This document shows positions 1-11,505 of a DNA stretch of 64,000 bases, in pieces. This DNA comes from Paramoeba atlantica (lineage: Eukaryota; Protista; Discosea): assembly GCA_977017575.1 (NCBI GenBank), contig CDRNVI010000004.1:558001-622000 (forward strand), read 5' to 3'. Within the stretch, counting starts at the first letter, position 1. Each line of letters opens with the position of its first letter. A program made the translations under genes and the position numbers. The notes under the pieces were generated by a model that worked only from the letters and a program-made list of their open reading frames with translations, was not told where the DNA came from and ran no database searches.

Positions 1-10
1 GCGGTGGTTG

Positions 11-530
11 TAAACCCCTCCGCACCAATAAGGCACCCACCCTTAACTTTTCAGCCAATTCTCCGTTTGGGCTGATTTTTGTTGTATTTTGCAGATCTCA
101 ACACATAGACTTTGCGGGTGAAGAAATGAGACAAAAAGAAACGAATGCGTATATTCTAGATAGTGATTACCATTTTGTCACTTTTTCTCCGTTACTCGCC
201 ACTCAAGCTTTGAGGCGAGCATCGAAGCTCAAAACCCACTCATAAATATAATATTGAGACAATTTACGCCAAGCTTTACGTACGATTTTTATGAGATCTT
301 CTTTATTTGCCGGATTGTATTCATCTACAAGACTTTGTACCATGCTCCACACGCTTTCTATTGGTGAGAGATCGGGGGAGTTGGGCGGCTAATTTTTCAA
401 AAATTTCATTTTGTTGTCATCAAGGTACGCTTTTGTTTCCTTCGCAGTGTGAGGTGCTGCCCCATCTTGCTGAAAAATACAGTTTGGGGTGAATGGTACT
501 TTTTTTAATGTTTTAATGTAGGAAACACAT
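11..530 (-). mobile_element. Decayed, internally deleted copy of the Tc1-like element at 32472-33799
   Basis: Starts TAAACCCC and aligns with 32472-32970. The minus strand near 490-330 reads IFQQDGAAPH...KN*PPNSPDLSPIESVW (DD35E spacing, W replaced by TAG). Confidence 0.8.
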
Positions 531-920
531 GTAATTGAGTTGGATGGAAGAGTACATAAAAATTAGTCATCCAGTGCCATCCGCTGCCATCCAGTGCCAT
601 CCAAATCTTCATAGTGTCCAATATCTAGGCATTGAGAAAAAGTAAAAGAGGAAAGTTATCAAAAAAAAATCGGCCCTCCCCTAACTCAGCCGCACCCGGA
701 CGCACCCGGACGCACTCACCAGTTTCAACCCTCTAAGTGGGGCGGTGGTTTATTCACAACTCAGTGAATACCTCCACAAGGAGCACATCTACCGTGAGTG
801 GTACTCACTGTAGGTACTCAGTACCTACATAAGGATGATAAAAATCGTGTTTGAGCGTTCTAAATTATGCAACGGTGTGCCATGAAGCACAATGAAAAAA
901 GTGTTTTAGTATTGAAGTGG

Positions 921-1040
921 CGGTGTAGTAGTTTGGATAAGTACTCATTGAAATTTGTAGTTTTCCAAAAACAAAGTACTCATCGAAACTACCTCTGTAT
1001 ATGGTACTTTGGATGAGTACTTTTCCACAACACTACACCG
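921..1040. repeat. Small inverted-repeat (hairpin) element
   Basis: CGGTGTAGTAGTTTGGATAAGTACTCAT at 921 is a near-perfect reverse complement of ATGAGTACTTTTCCACAACACTACACCG ending at 1040. No TSD seen. Confidence 0.6.
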
Positions 1041-1534
1041 TATATTACCTGTACATTACCTGTCTGGAGGCAAGTCCCAACTGTGAGCGTAGACCACGAC
1101 ATCGGTACCTAATTACCCATCAAGAGGAAGTTAAGGCGGTACATCAAACTGTCTTCGAGCTTTTCGAAACATTCCTTCTTTCTAGGTTGCTCTCCGCAGC
1201 GAAGTTATGGAGCATCGGCTCCGTAACTAGTAGCGAACCACGTAATAGTGGTTCGCTAGTCAGACAGCAAGGTTCTCCTACGCTGTTTGCAAAATTGACA
1301 TCGCTATCGTCAAACATGTAAAAGTCTTGCACCCTGAGCAGTCCATAAAAAGAACAGTAAAGGTATAAGACGTAAACAAAGCTAAACAGTTGGTGTAAAT
1401 GACTCAAAAGTATCAGCGAAATCCTTTTTCGTCTCATTTGTTTCGTCAAAAAAAGTAAACATTTTGAATTTTAGGGTAGTTCGATTGCTTAGTACCCTGA
1501 AATTTTTTCTCTCCTAGCTCTATAAAATATCACG

Positions 1535-2152
1535 ATGCCGGCACTCCTCCTATTTTCCCTTTTTTCGCGTCTTCACTTTTCCGATCCCTCTTCTCGTGTC
1601 TCATCTCGTTTAGGACGCGTTCGGGGAGCGAGGTGGCTCCCCCAGTATGACCTCAGCCGATTTGCTGAAGACGTTCTCCCTTGCCACCCCTCTTGGACCA
1701 CGGCAACCCATGCATGTCAGTGGGAAGGAGTATTCTGTGATCTGGACGAGAACGTAATCTATTTGAATTGGGAGAATGCAAAGCGCACAGGGTTTCTGCA
1801 TTGGTCTTACCTTCCCAACACTTTGGTAGAGTTGGATTTGAGTTTTAATAAATTTTCTGGGACTCTGGAAACGAAGGAACTTCCTCGGTCCCTGCAGTCC
1901 CTTCTTCTCGAACACAACCAGTTTACGGGAACGATTGATTTTGAAGGATTCCCCACTACGTTGGTGGAAATACAGTTGAATTCGAACAAGTTTGAAGGGG
2001 AAGTTACGCTGAGTCGGCTCCCGGACGGTATTATGAATCTTTCTCTAGAGAACAACTGTTTTCTTGAAGGTGTAGTTTGTCGCCGGGATCTTCCCGAGTC
2101 TTTGAATTATTTTGAGTACAGCAGTACCCGCATAAAGGTAGAAGAATTCTAG
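1535..2152 (+). CDS. Leucine-rich repeat protein with LRRNT-like cap (family member 1)
   Basis: GRVRGA..LPQY motif, W....ACQWEGVFC cap, then LPxxLxxLxLxxNxFxG repeats. Confidence 0.85.
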   Translation: MPALLLFSLFSRLHFSDPSSRVSSRLGRVRGARWLPQYDLSRFAEDVLPCHPSWTTATHACQWEGVFCDLDENVIYLNWENAKRTGFLHWSYLPNTLVELDLSFNKFSGTLETKELPRSLQSLLLEHNQFTGTIDFEGFPTTLVEIQLNSNKFEGEVTLSRLPDGIMNLSLENNCFLEGVVCRRDLPESLNYFEYSSTRIKVEEF

Positions 2153-2589
2153 GTACGGTTTTCACTCCAGGTACGGAATTTGATGTGGAACGAGAGCAAA
2201 CGGCTCAGTGGTGTGTTATCTGACTAAACATCCCGTGTGTACACGTGTCCTGTCAGAATCGATTCCCTCTAGCCCGTCTTGTAATGATTCCTCTTCCAGA
2301 AATTTTTTCATATTTTTCAAAAATATGATGTTTTATCCGTTTTTCCTCACATTGCTTTTATTCGCTCGCTTTACCCGTATTTGCAGCAAAGCGCTTCTGC
2401 AGAAAACGCTGCTTTTACCACGGGTCGTGATGTAAGATTAAAAGTAAACTACACGATTTCGTTTAAAAATAGAAATTTTAAGCTTAGATTTGTGACTCCC
2501 TGTATATTATTCTCACCATACTATAAATGGGAGTCATGACTACGTCTCGACTATAAAAGAATGTAGTACGTATTCATACCCCCTTATCC

Positions 2590-3639
2590 ATGGATTCCAT
2601 TGACTTTCCCACTGGAAAGCTATGCATTCCACCCTCCAAGGAGCCTACTACTACCACGTACGTCGTACTCGTCGCGTGTGGATCCTTTAACCCCATCACC
2701 TACGCTCATCTACGTATGATGGAACTCGCTCGCGATGCGATTGAGCGCCCGCAAACCAACCCAAACGACGGGCTCACCTCCCTTGCCACCCCAAGTACGA
2801 AAGTCGTCCTTGGCGGTTACCTCAGTCCCGTCGCGAGTGCGTACCACAAAAAAGATCTCGCGCCCGCGTCCACTCGCATCCACATGACCACCGAGGCCCT
2901 CGCCACCAGCCCATGGCTGATGTGTGACCCCTGGGAGGGGACCCGGGAGTCCTACACCCGGACCTACCATGTCCTGGACCACATCTATCAAAACGTGGCC
3001 CAATGGCTACAAGGTGAGCTCAGTCCTCACACTCGAGATAAAACTCTTGAGAAAGAAACAAAATCCCCAAATAAAAGGGATGCAAAAAAGGAAAGCGAAA
3101 ATAAAGCTTCTCCCTTGGGGTCGTATGCCCTCGAGGTCCATCTCGTGATCGGAGCCGATGTGTTTCGCTCCATGGCACTGTGTGACGGTGCGTCAGGGCG
3201 CCCGGTGTGGCGACTGGACACGCTTCGTCCGTTACTCCAGCACTACCCGCTGGTGGTGATTGACCGCTGCACCGAGGCGGACTACGTGGGGGAGGAGAAG
3301 ACACGAAAAAGTGCCGTTCTCCCCTCACCAGAAGATAAACACAAAAAAGAACATACAGTAAGCAGCAACAAGAACTTGACTGAACTTGACTGTAAGCAGC
3401 AACAAGAACATCCCTCCTTTACGGATGTGTTGAACTGTGTGTTAATGGATGACAACGGCTGTGAGGTGAACTTTGCAGAGTACACCCGCACGACTGTGGT
3501 CGTCTGTGCGGCCGGGGAGCGGAATGACGTGAGTTCCTCCCACGTACGCTCGTTGCTCCGCGAGGGGCGGAGTGTGCGATATCTTATACCGGAGACCGTG
3601 ATGGAGTATGTCCTGAGGGCGGGACTGTATCGAGCGTAG
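2590..3639 (+). CDS. NMNAT: Nicotinamide/nicotinate mononucleotide adenylyltransferase (eukaryotic type)
   Basis: ACGSFNPITYAHLRM (GSFNPxxxxH), GYLSPV..AYHKK, Y.RT..VLDH, VIGADV, NDVSSSHVR..L..G.SVRYLIP. Confidence 0.93.
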   Translation: MDSIDFPTGKLCIPPSKEPTTTTYVVLVACGSFNPITYAHLRMMELARDAIERPQTNPNDGLTSLATPSTKVVLGGYLSPVASAYHKKDLAPASTRIHMTTEALATSPWLMCDPWEGTRESYTRTYHVLDHIYQNVAQWLQGELSPHTRDKTLEKETKSPNKRDAKKESENKASPLGSYALEVHLVIGADVFRSMALCDGASGRPVWRLDTLRPLLQHYPLVVIDRCTEADYVGEEKTRKSAVLPSPEDKHKKEHTVSSNKNLTELDCKQQQEHPSFTDVLNCVLMDDNGCEVNFAEYTRTTVVVCAAGERNDVSSSHVRSLLREGRSVRYLIPETVMEYVLRAGLYRA

Positions 3640-3921
3640 GTCATTCGCTGTTTGCTGAGAATCGGTATTTTTTGGTTCCGTTTATCCGTGACAAAGGGTG
3701 GTGCTCCAATTAAGCGGGCCCCACAATGTTGGTGAACCGTGGGACAATGTAAAAAACCTTAGTTTCGGGTTTAAATTTTAAATAACTACTTTAAATTTTA
3801 AGTAACTACTTTAAATAACTCAGACCTTTTAATAAAAGATCTGAGTTATTTAAATACTTGTTTAGACTTGTAAAAGGAGCTTTCAGCTTTTTTCTCGCTT
3901 TTATCAGTTTCATATTTCAAC

Positions 3922-4544
3922 ATGCTTCGGAACAGTAACACATGCTTGACAAAGGATGGCGTATCTCGTCCTCGAAAGGTGCACGGCTCTCTGTTACCAC
4001 AGGAGTGTACTCTCGTGCGATTCATAAGTAATGTAACTACTTCAGAAAAATCGTGGAGTGAGTCGACACCCGCGTGTGAGTGGGATCATGTTAAGTGTAA
4101 CAGCGAAAAGCAGGTGACTCATCTTTGCTGGAATAGCGGATTTTTTGATTCCAACTATCTTAGTTTAGAAGGTACACTGCAGTGGGAACATATACCCCGG
4201 ACACTTGTTTCCTTCGTAGCATATCGGCAAGACTTGACGGGCACCATAAACCTTGCCTTACTTCCAGGGTCGTTAACGGAGTTCGACGCATGAATAAATT
4301 TTATGGATGCATAGATCTTACCGCTTTGCCCAGGGCACTGGAAATCTTTTCCTTAGATGACAACGAATTTCATAGCGGAATTGATCTCACGCGCCTTCCG
4401 GCATCTTTAACAAAACTTGATCTCAGAGACAACTCGTTTAATGGACTATTGGATTTCACGGGAATTTCATCTGAGCTTAGCATACTTCTTAGTGGAAATG
4501 GTTTGGAGGTACCGGACTTTATTCCTAACGGAGTAGTCTTCTAA
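3922..4544 (+). pseudogene. LRR family member 2, split by one frameshift near 4290
   Basis: KVHGSLLPQE and TPACEWDHVKC in ORF 3922-4293. LRRs continue in a second frame (MNKFYGCIDL...) to 4544. Could be an assembly indel. Confidence 0.75.
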
Positions 4545-5186
4545 CTGCACTGTAATAAAAAAACACAAAAGGGTCCAATCTCAGAGGTACGAGTCGGATT
4601 CGGGAAGTCTAGAATTTATTCTTTCGGTCCTTTTTTACATACAATTCGTACACTGTCCCGCCTCCCCTTAAGCGCACCCCGGCGGACCTCATTCCCCCCG
4701 TTTAAGCAGGTCAGATTCAGCCAATATTGTACACTTTCCAAAAAAATGAAAATCAACTGTATTTCATGCTCAGAATCGCATAAAATCAACTAGCATAAAT
4801 TTATCTCAAAACAGAAGAGTTGTACATTCTCAAGTATTCTTATTCGCGGGCATTTATGATACTGACCACCCTTTTAAAGGGTGGTCAGTATTAAAGGCCT
4901 ATTAAAGGCTTTAATGGAGACAAAATTGGGGGAAGAATTTTTTGGGGGGAGATTTTTTTTTGTGGGGGGGAGAGGGAAGTGGATTTTTTTTTCATAAGCA
5001 AAATTGGATTGTCCCTTAAAAAGGGAAGAAATCCCTCGCGCGACCCCCGCTAAATAGGGGGGGAAGGTGGTAGTTGTGGGGTATGGAGGCCTCTCGCAAC
5101 TCCGGGGCCTCACCGGGAGCAAAGGTGAGCTTCCATAGCACCCCGCACCAACTTTTTGAAAAAGTTGAAATCGGTGCTTAAAATTT

Positions 5187-5369
5187 TATGCATGTGAATG
5201 TGCTGTTATGCATGTGAATGTGCTATATGCATGTGAATGTGTCGGATTTATGCATGTGAATGTGTCGGATTTATGCATGTGAATGTGCCGCTTAATATGC
5301 ATGTGAATGTGCATTATGCATATGAATGTGCTGTTATGCATGTGAATGTGCTATATGCATTTGAATGTG
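5187..5369. repeat. Nine copies of a 16-bp core TATGCATGTGAATGTG with short variable linkers
   Basis: Read directly from the sequence. Confidence 0.85.
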
Positions 5370-5894
5370 CCGCTTAGTATGCATTATAAACGTGCGGTAA
5401 ATATGCATTATAAATGTGCTAACGCCGTCCGCCAAGTTCGGATATTTTCGGGAAAAAAAATTGAAAAAAAAATCAACGTGGCGAAAAAAATGGTAAAAAA
5501 AATAGTTTTTCAACTTTTTTTCCCTATTGTATTTTGAGAGTTTGGGACCTATACTAGCCTTCTACATCGTCTTTTTCGCCAGATACCCCTTCTAGCCGTG
5601 GTACGCCTCCCAAAATGGCCCATTTTTGACCAATAAGTGCAAAAAAGCAATTTTCGGGCCTAAAGGGGTCTTTTTATGTCAAAAGAATGGTGCGGTTGGA
5701 GTCGCATTCTCTACCCAATACGTTCAGTAGGCTTCCATTCATGCCTACGAGTGATTCCCCACTTGCTAATATCAGATTTAGTGCTCTGAGAGCAAAAATA
5801 CCCAAAAATGACCCCATTTTTATCCGAAAATTGGCTGATTTTGGCTATAATCTTTCCGTTTTCTTCAGCTTTCCCAGCCAAATTTTCTTTTTTA

Positions 5895-5989
5895 GTCTCT
5901 TCGTTAAACGCGGTGGTAGTTTTCAACGTGAAGCGCGCAGCATGAGGGACTTCTAAGTTGAAAACAACCACCGCGTTTAACGAAGAGCC
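5895..5989. mobile_element. ~95-bp hairpin MITE, copy 1
   Basis: TA-G(T/G)CTCTTCGTTAAACGCGGTGG...CCACCGCGTTTAACGAAGAGCC-TA. Other copies at 34874, 52275 and 61324. Confidence 0.8.
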
Positions 5990-6452
5990 TAATATTATTT
6001 AAATGGTAAAATTCACCTCTTTTTCCCATTATGGCGGACCTACTTGTCGTGATTTTTCTTTGGAAATACCTAGACTTATTTGGCCATAGCTTGAATTATG
6101 GGCTAAAATCATTTTTTTTACAATTCTTTAGTGCTCTATAGCAACTTAAAAGCCCCTTAAACTACCGTGTGGATTTCTAAAGATCATCTTTTCACTTGCA
6201 CTTTTCCCCTATTTAAATATTAGATAACGCTATATTCTTTTGATAGAAATTTTAACACTATATTATTCAAATAATATACCGTTCCTCGGATTACTCGCTT
6301 TACGCCCATTCCACCCTCGCGGAATTAACCTTAGAAGACGAGTTAGATGCTCACTATATCTCCCTCAATAAATCTAAAAGGTTAAGGTTAAGAAATTATC
6401 TTAATTTATCTCATACTAGTTTTTTTTCTATTTCTCTGTCTTTCTATCTCTA

Positions 6453-6956
6453 ATGTTTTCTCGTGCGCTTCCAAACCTCGCCAAGAACATCGCAAAGCTT
6501 CGTCATAAAGTTATCAATAAGCCATGGGCTGGAAAATCAGCCCCGACAAGTGCGCTGCGTGTATTTATAGCAAAGTCTTGCAAAAGTAAAAAAGGATCTC
6601 CAGATCTCGCCGGAGTGCATGCCGCTTTTAAAAAGTTATCTCCAGCTCAGGTCCAGTCCTACAGTAAGATTGCTGCCGAGAATATGAAGCGAAAACATTC
6701 ACTGAAAGCTCAAGTTCAAAGTGCTAAATGTCGCCCTTATAGTTTGTTCATGCGACGTGTCATGCCAGCGATATACAAGGCAGAGAAGGGCAACCACAAG
6801 AATCCTAAAGCTTGTTTCAGCGCGGCGGTAAAGAAGGTATCTGCCAAATATAAGAAGCTGACAGCCGCTCAACGCAAAGCACTTTCAGTTGAGGAAGCAC
6901 AGGTCCGTAACAAGGGCAGTGCATTCATTGAAAAGCTGGTGGAACAACGAAAGTAG
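6453..6956 (+). CDS. Basic mitochondrial DNA-binding protein, kinetoplast-associated protein (KAP)-like, two degenerate HMG boxes (paralogue 1)
   Basis: MFSR presequence-like N-terminus, K/A-rich, SALRVFI...AAFKKLSP and PYSLFM...VSAKYKKLT HMG-like segments. Confidence 0.65.
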   Translation: MFSRALPNLAKNIAKLRHKVINKPWAGKSAPTSALRVFIAKSCKSKKGSPDLAGVHAAFKKLSPAQVQSYSKIAAENMKRKHSLKAQVQSAKCRPYSLFMRRVMPAIYKAEKGNHKNPKACFSAAVKKVSAKYKKLTAAQRKALSVEEAQVRNKGSAFIEKLVEQRK

Positions 6957-7398
6957 CTGTATCACTTCATTCGGAGTCACAATAAACAAAAGGTTTAGAA
7001 ATATTTATTACAAATAGGAATGCGTTAAAAAAGTAGAATTATAATTAATTATAAAAAAGTATATTTATAATCGAATGCACAGCGAACGTTCCTTAGTTTC
7101 GTCGACGGTGACACTATCAAGATCACGCTTTAGTTTGCTAATAATTTTTATTTATTTAATAAACCAGTAGATTTACATCCTTCCTGATTCAATAGAGCAC
7201 CAGATTACCATGAGAATGACTCAACTCTATACAATATTTGGGGAGGGGGGCATTCGATGAATACTCATCGAACAGGACGTCCTTTTCTATGAACGGAAAC
7301 ACGAAAAAAATACATCGATTTTTTTTGCTGAAAAAAAGGGAGCATCTTTTTTTTGTGAATGTAATTTCACACCATTTAAGACAAGAAATTCCCTTTTT

Positions 7399-9530
7399 TT
7401 AATTTATCACCCCATGCTGAGACAGAAGGCCGCAAAAAATACACGTTTCCCCAGTCAACCACTTCCGGTCCCCTAGAATAATGGCCGTTGTGGCTTGCAC
7501 TGGCTGGCAGTGGCTGACACTGGCTTGCAGTGGCTGTATGCATGGGGACCTATAGGTCTGTATGAAGAGTGGTGTCCCACCGGGGCCCCAGACTTGTTGA
7601 AAAGCTTGAGGTTTGCTCCCGTGAGAAAATCCCTCATCGTGGGGGGGGGGAGTTAGTGAGGATCCCTTGGATGATCCAAGTACCACGCCGCTCGGGTCAT
7701 TCTCCAGCAGGATGGGGACCAGGAGTTCCTTGGTCCATCCGGACGGGCCTGGAGGCGGGGGAGGGGTGGGGCACTCGCGCTCCTGACGGGAGGAGCTACG
7801 GGGTGATGTCAAAGCCGCAATCCCTTCCATGATAGTACCTTCCCTTCCCTGGGGAGGGGTTGCCGCACCGGGGGTTTGGACACTTGGGGTCTCCCCTAGA
7901 GCGCGTCTCGTCTTAGAACGGGGGCCTGGGTTAGCCTCAATGCAGCCTCTACGGAGGTTACATTGAACTACTCGGGTAGTCCCGCCCGTTTCGCTCACCA
8001 GCGTTTCCGTTGGGAGAAAACACCACAGCAGCCCTTCTTCGCATTGAAGGGGCTCCCAGGCCCCTCTCATAATCCGAGGGATACCCAGAATCTCGTTTAG
8101 ACCGGCAGGGATATCATGAGCCGCACTCACCCTTGGGGCCGATGCCATGCCATGGTAAATCCCATCATACACCCTGACTGTGGCCCCATCACTAGGCCCC
8201 GGGGAAAGGCGGGTAGGAATAAAGGTGGGAAAAACTCGTTGCGCTCGGTCCAGATCGTCTCAGTCGATGATGGGGGTGGCTTCTCCGAAGATGCCTTTCA
8301 AGAGCAAGCTCTCTCCGGGAACACCTAATGTGTTGTCACGATGCTGATAAAGGCTCGGAACGAACATTCGGGGGGCAAGGGATGACAATATGGCCCGAGC
8401 GCTCGGGGCCAATGTCGAGGAGAATTTTGAAAACTTCCTCCCCAACCGGTTCGTACGGTTTGCTCGGACCCTCCCCTGCATACTCTGTATACTAAAGATA
8501 CAGTTTCTGTACCTTGTTGGTACTTTTTCCTTAGTTCATCCTTCCTTTCCCCGGAAACGGGCATACTCTTACTGTATTTTCATGTCCGTTGCCGGTCGGT
8601 ACTAAGGCCGAAACTGTCCCTCTCTATTGTTGAAGCAGGGGACGCGCTTCCACCCCTTCATCCCTTCCCGACTCACTCCCCTGGAGTGAGTGTGCTTCCC
8701 TCTCTCGGCTTCCCCTTCTCTCGCAGTTACCTTTCCGAAGAGGCCATGCGTCGCGGTGGCCTCCCTTGAGGACCACTAGGCGTGTCCTCCGCCGACGAGA
8801 CTCCCGGCTCTCCGCACCTGGGGGTCGCCCAGCTCTCTGCACCTCGGCTCTGTCGCAGCTCTCTGCACCCGGACTGCCCCCGGAAACTGTAATATGGGAA
8901 TTACGCATCCGGCTCTCTGCACCTGCACATGACAACCGAGCTCTCTGCGCCTGGGACTCCAGCTCTCTGCACCCGCACACCGGCGAGGGCGAACCCTCAC
9001 TTGATCCACCCGTCGTATGCGGGCACGGACTTTGTGAGCATAATCTCTGCACTATAAGTGCATGAACGAACAACCGCCTGTGTCGCCCCAAACTAAGGGG
9101 TGTGGGGAGGAGTTTGTGACGTACGGCGTCCATAGCCTTGAACTGCTGCGCAACGGGATGGAGGAGTCCCAGAGGCTTGCGTCGAAGCACGCGCTCTAAT
9201 GTTGTTTCTGTGCCGGGAGAGCAGAGTGACGCACTCATCACACAGGCGATTGTCCCACCTGATTGGTACGAAAGGGAGGCAACAGAAGTCGCAGGCACAG
9301 GACTTGTGCTGCTCCTTGACTCGGACGACCAAGTCCGGCCTCGCTTTCTTCAGCTCCTCGATGGAGAACTGGGGCAGCCCCTCGACCCCTAGGGAGGGGT
9401 GGGGGCTGGAGCCTCGCCTGAGAGGGGTCCCCCTGAGGTCGAGAATGGTGGCGTGTTAAGCCCAGTAGAAGAATCCTTGGATGCCCGGTTGCCACGCCGA
9501 CGTCGGGTCATGGACTTACGCCGGGGAGAG
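7399..9530 (-). mobile_element. GC-rich degenerate retroelement-like remnant with a 2A-like motif and a CxxC..CxxC segment
   Basis: Minus-strand LRRGCIEANPGP (7921-7956), CACDFC...LCDEC near 9290-9230, five GCTCTCTGC(A/G)CC repeats at 8830-8975, and a segment shared with 62072-62337. No RT or endonuclease seen. Confidence 0.4.
8497..8778. repeat. Hairpin-rich ~270-bp dispersed repeat, copy 1 (copy 2 at 62072-62337)
   Basis: Direct alignment of the two loci, including GTACTAAGGCCGAAACTGTC and ACTCACTCCCCTGGAGTGAGT. Confidence 0.85.
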
Positions 9531-10473
9531 AGAAAGAATTGAAGTAGAAAAAGAAAAAGAAAAATGGAGCGCAGGGAAGTGGTAGAGTATGCCGCGGCGA
9601 TGATTTTCTATCCCCCCACCTAGGGGTGACCGCCCCTCTTCAAAAACGAGCAACGAATCTCGGCTTCCTTTAGAGAATACTCTTGTTTAGTGACATTCAG
9701 ATTAATCTTTTCGGAAAGCTCTTCATAACGTGTCTCCTGCTTGCCGCTGCGCTTAGCAACGTTCCGCAATTGCCTAGTACGTAAACATAGTTTCTCGTGC
9801 AGGCGTTCGATTCGCCTACGAAGAGAGCGTTCGATATTCTTATTTCACCGCACCTCATTTGATGTGACTTCGGGGATCACCAGTATACTATTTTCATCAT
9901 TTTCTAGAATTTGTGGTTCTGTATGCGAGTTCGTCTGTAAGGGGGTTCTGTAGTCAGAAACGCTAATGATGAAGCCCTCTGTTCCTCTATAGGTTCTGTA
10001 GGGGGGTTATGTAGGCAGAAACGCTAATGAAGAAGCCCTCTGTTCCTCTATCTCGAGCCTAGCTTCCGTTTCTTGTGTAGTACCTTTGCCTATGAGCTCA
10101 TCCACCACAAGATCACATTATCACGCCTTCTTAAACACGCTAGTAACCGGTCCCAAGCCCGGCGTCGTCCTCAGGGTACATGAGCGACGAAGTGTGAGTG
10201 AGAAGGAAGTAGAGGTAAGTGTGAGGGAGAAAGGGTATGCCTTTTTCTTAGTGTTTTATTATTGTATCCTTTTAATAGTACATGTGAAGGAAAACCAGAG
10301 GGAAGAGGGGTGCTTTAACTAATAGCCCACTTGATTTTCATTTCATTAATTATTATTGCAACTTGTATTTACATTATTTATTGTCGTATCGTACTTGTAA
10401 TTTGTCGGTTAGGATTATTACTATGCTATTAATTTTCAATGATACTTGGATGAGCATTTCCTACTTTTTGGCT

Positions 10474-11505
10474 TCTAGCATCACTGATCCCCTACAGCCG
10501 GTCAAGCTGTAAGGTTGCAACTTGTATCTCGTGCATCGTCTGGCATACAGTCTTGAACTGTACGATGACCTTATCAAGTCAATCGGCCCTTCGATCCCCT
10601 ATTGACCGTAGGGTTTGAGAACAGTTCGAGTATCACTGATCCGCCAGTAGGGCGTTTGAAGCGTGCATTGTTGTTGGTAACTTCTAGCATCACTGATCCC
10701 CTCAGTAGGTCAAGCTGTTGGGTTGCAACTTGTATCTCGTGCATCGTCTGGCATACAGTCTTGGAACTGTACGATGACCGTTCAGGTCAATCGTCCCTTC
10801 GATCCCCTATTGACCGTAGGGTTTGAGAACAGTTCGAGTATCACTGATCCGCCAGTAGGGCGTTTGAAGCGTGCATTGTTGTTGGTAACTTCTAGCATCA
10901 CTGATCCCCTCAGTAGGTCAAGCTGTTGGGTTGCAACTTGTATCTCGTGCATCGTCTGGCATACAGTCTTGGAACTGTACGATGACCGTTCAGGTCAATC
11001 GTCCCTTCGATCCCCTATTGACCGTAGGGTTTGAGAACAGTTCGAGTATCACTGATCCGCCAGTAGGGCGTTTGAAGCGTGCATTGTTGTTGGTAACTTC
11101 TAGCATCACTGATCCCCTCAGTAGGTCAAGCTGTTGGGTTGCAACTTGTATCTCGTGCATCGTCTGGCATACAGTCTTGGAACTGTACGATGACCGTTCA
11201 GGTCAATCGTCCCTTCGATCCCCTATTGACCGTAGGGTTTGAGAACAGTTCGAGTATCACTGATCCGCCAGTAGGGCGTTTGAAGCGTGCATTGTTGTTG
11301 GTAACTTCTAGCATCACTGATCCCCTCAGTAGGTCAAGCTGTTGGGTTGCAACTTGAATCTCGCGCATCGTCTGGCATACAGTCTTGGAACTGTACGATG
11401 ACCGTTCAGGTCAATCGGCCCTTCGATCCCCTATTGACCGTAGGGTTTGAGAACAGTTCAAGTATCACTGATCCGCCAGTAGGGCGTTTGAAGCGTGCAT
11501 TGTTG
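10474..11505. repeat. Tandem array of about five 208-bp units
   Basis: Period 208 (identical ORFs at 10723, 10931, 11139). Central units look identical; the first and last are diverged. Confidence 0.95.

Noticed and set aside
5187-5369. CRISPR-like array
   Set aside because: Linkers are only 2-8 nt and recur, there are no cas genes, and the context is eukaryotic.
7099-7134. SNase-like FVDGDTIKI motif
   Set aside because: Stops immediately in AT-rich DNA; too short to support.
8560-8620. Hammerhead or HDV ribozyme call (GGCCGAAAC; GGCAAC...GTT)
   Set aside because: No CUGANGA before stem II, and no P1/P1.1 partner for an HDV fold. Kept only as an unassigned structured repeat.
10602-11357. 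Repeated 103-aa ORFs in the 208-bp array
   Set aside because: The period is not a multiple of 3, starts are non-ATG and there is no domain; by-products of the repeat.
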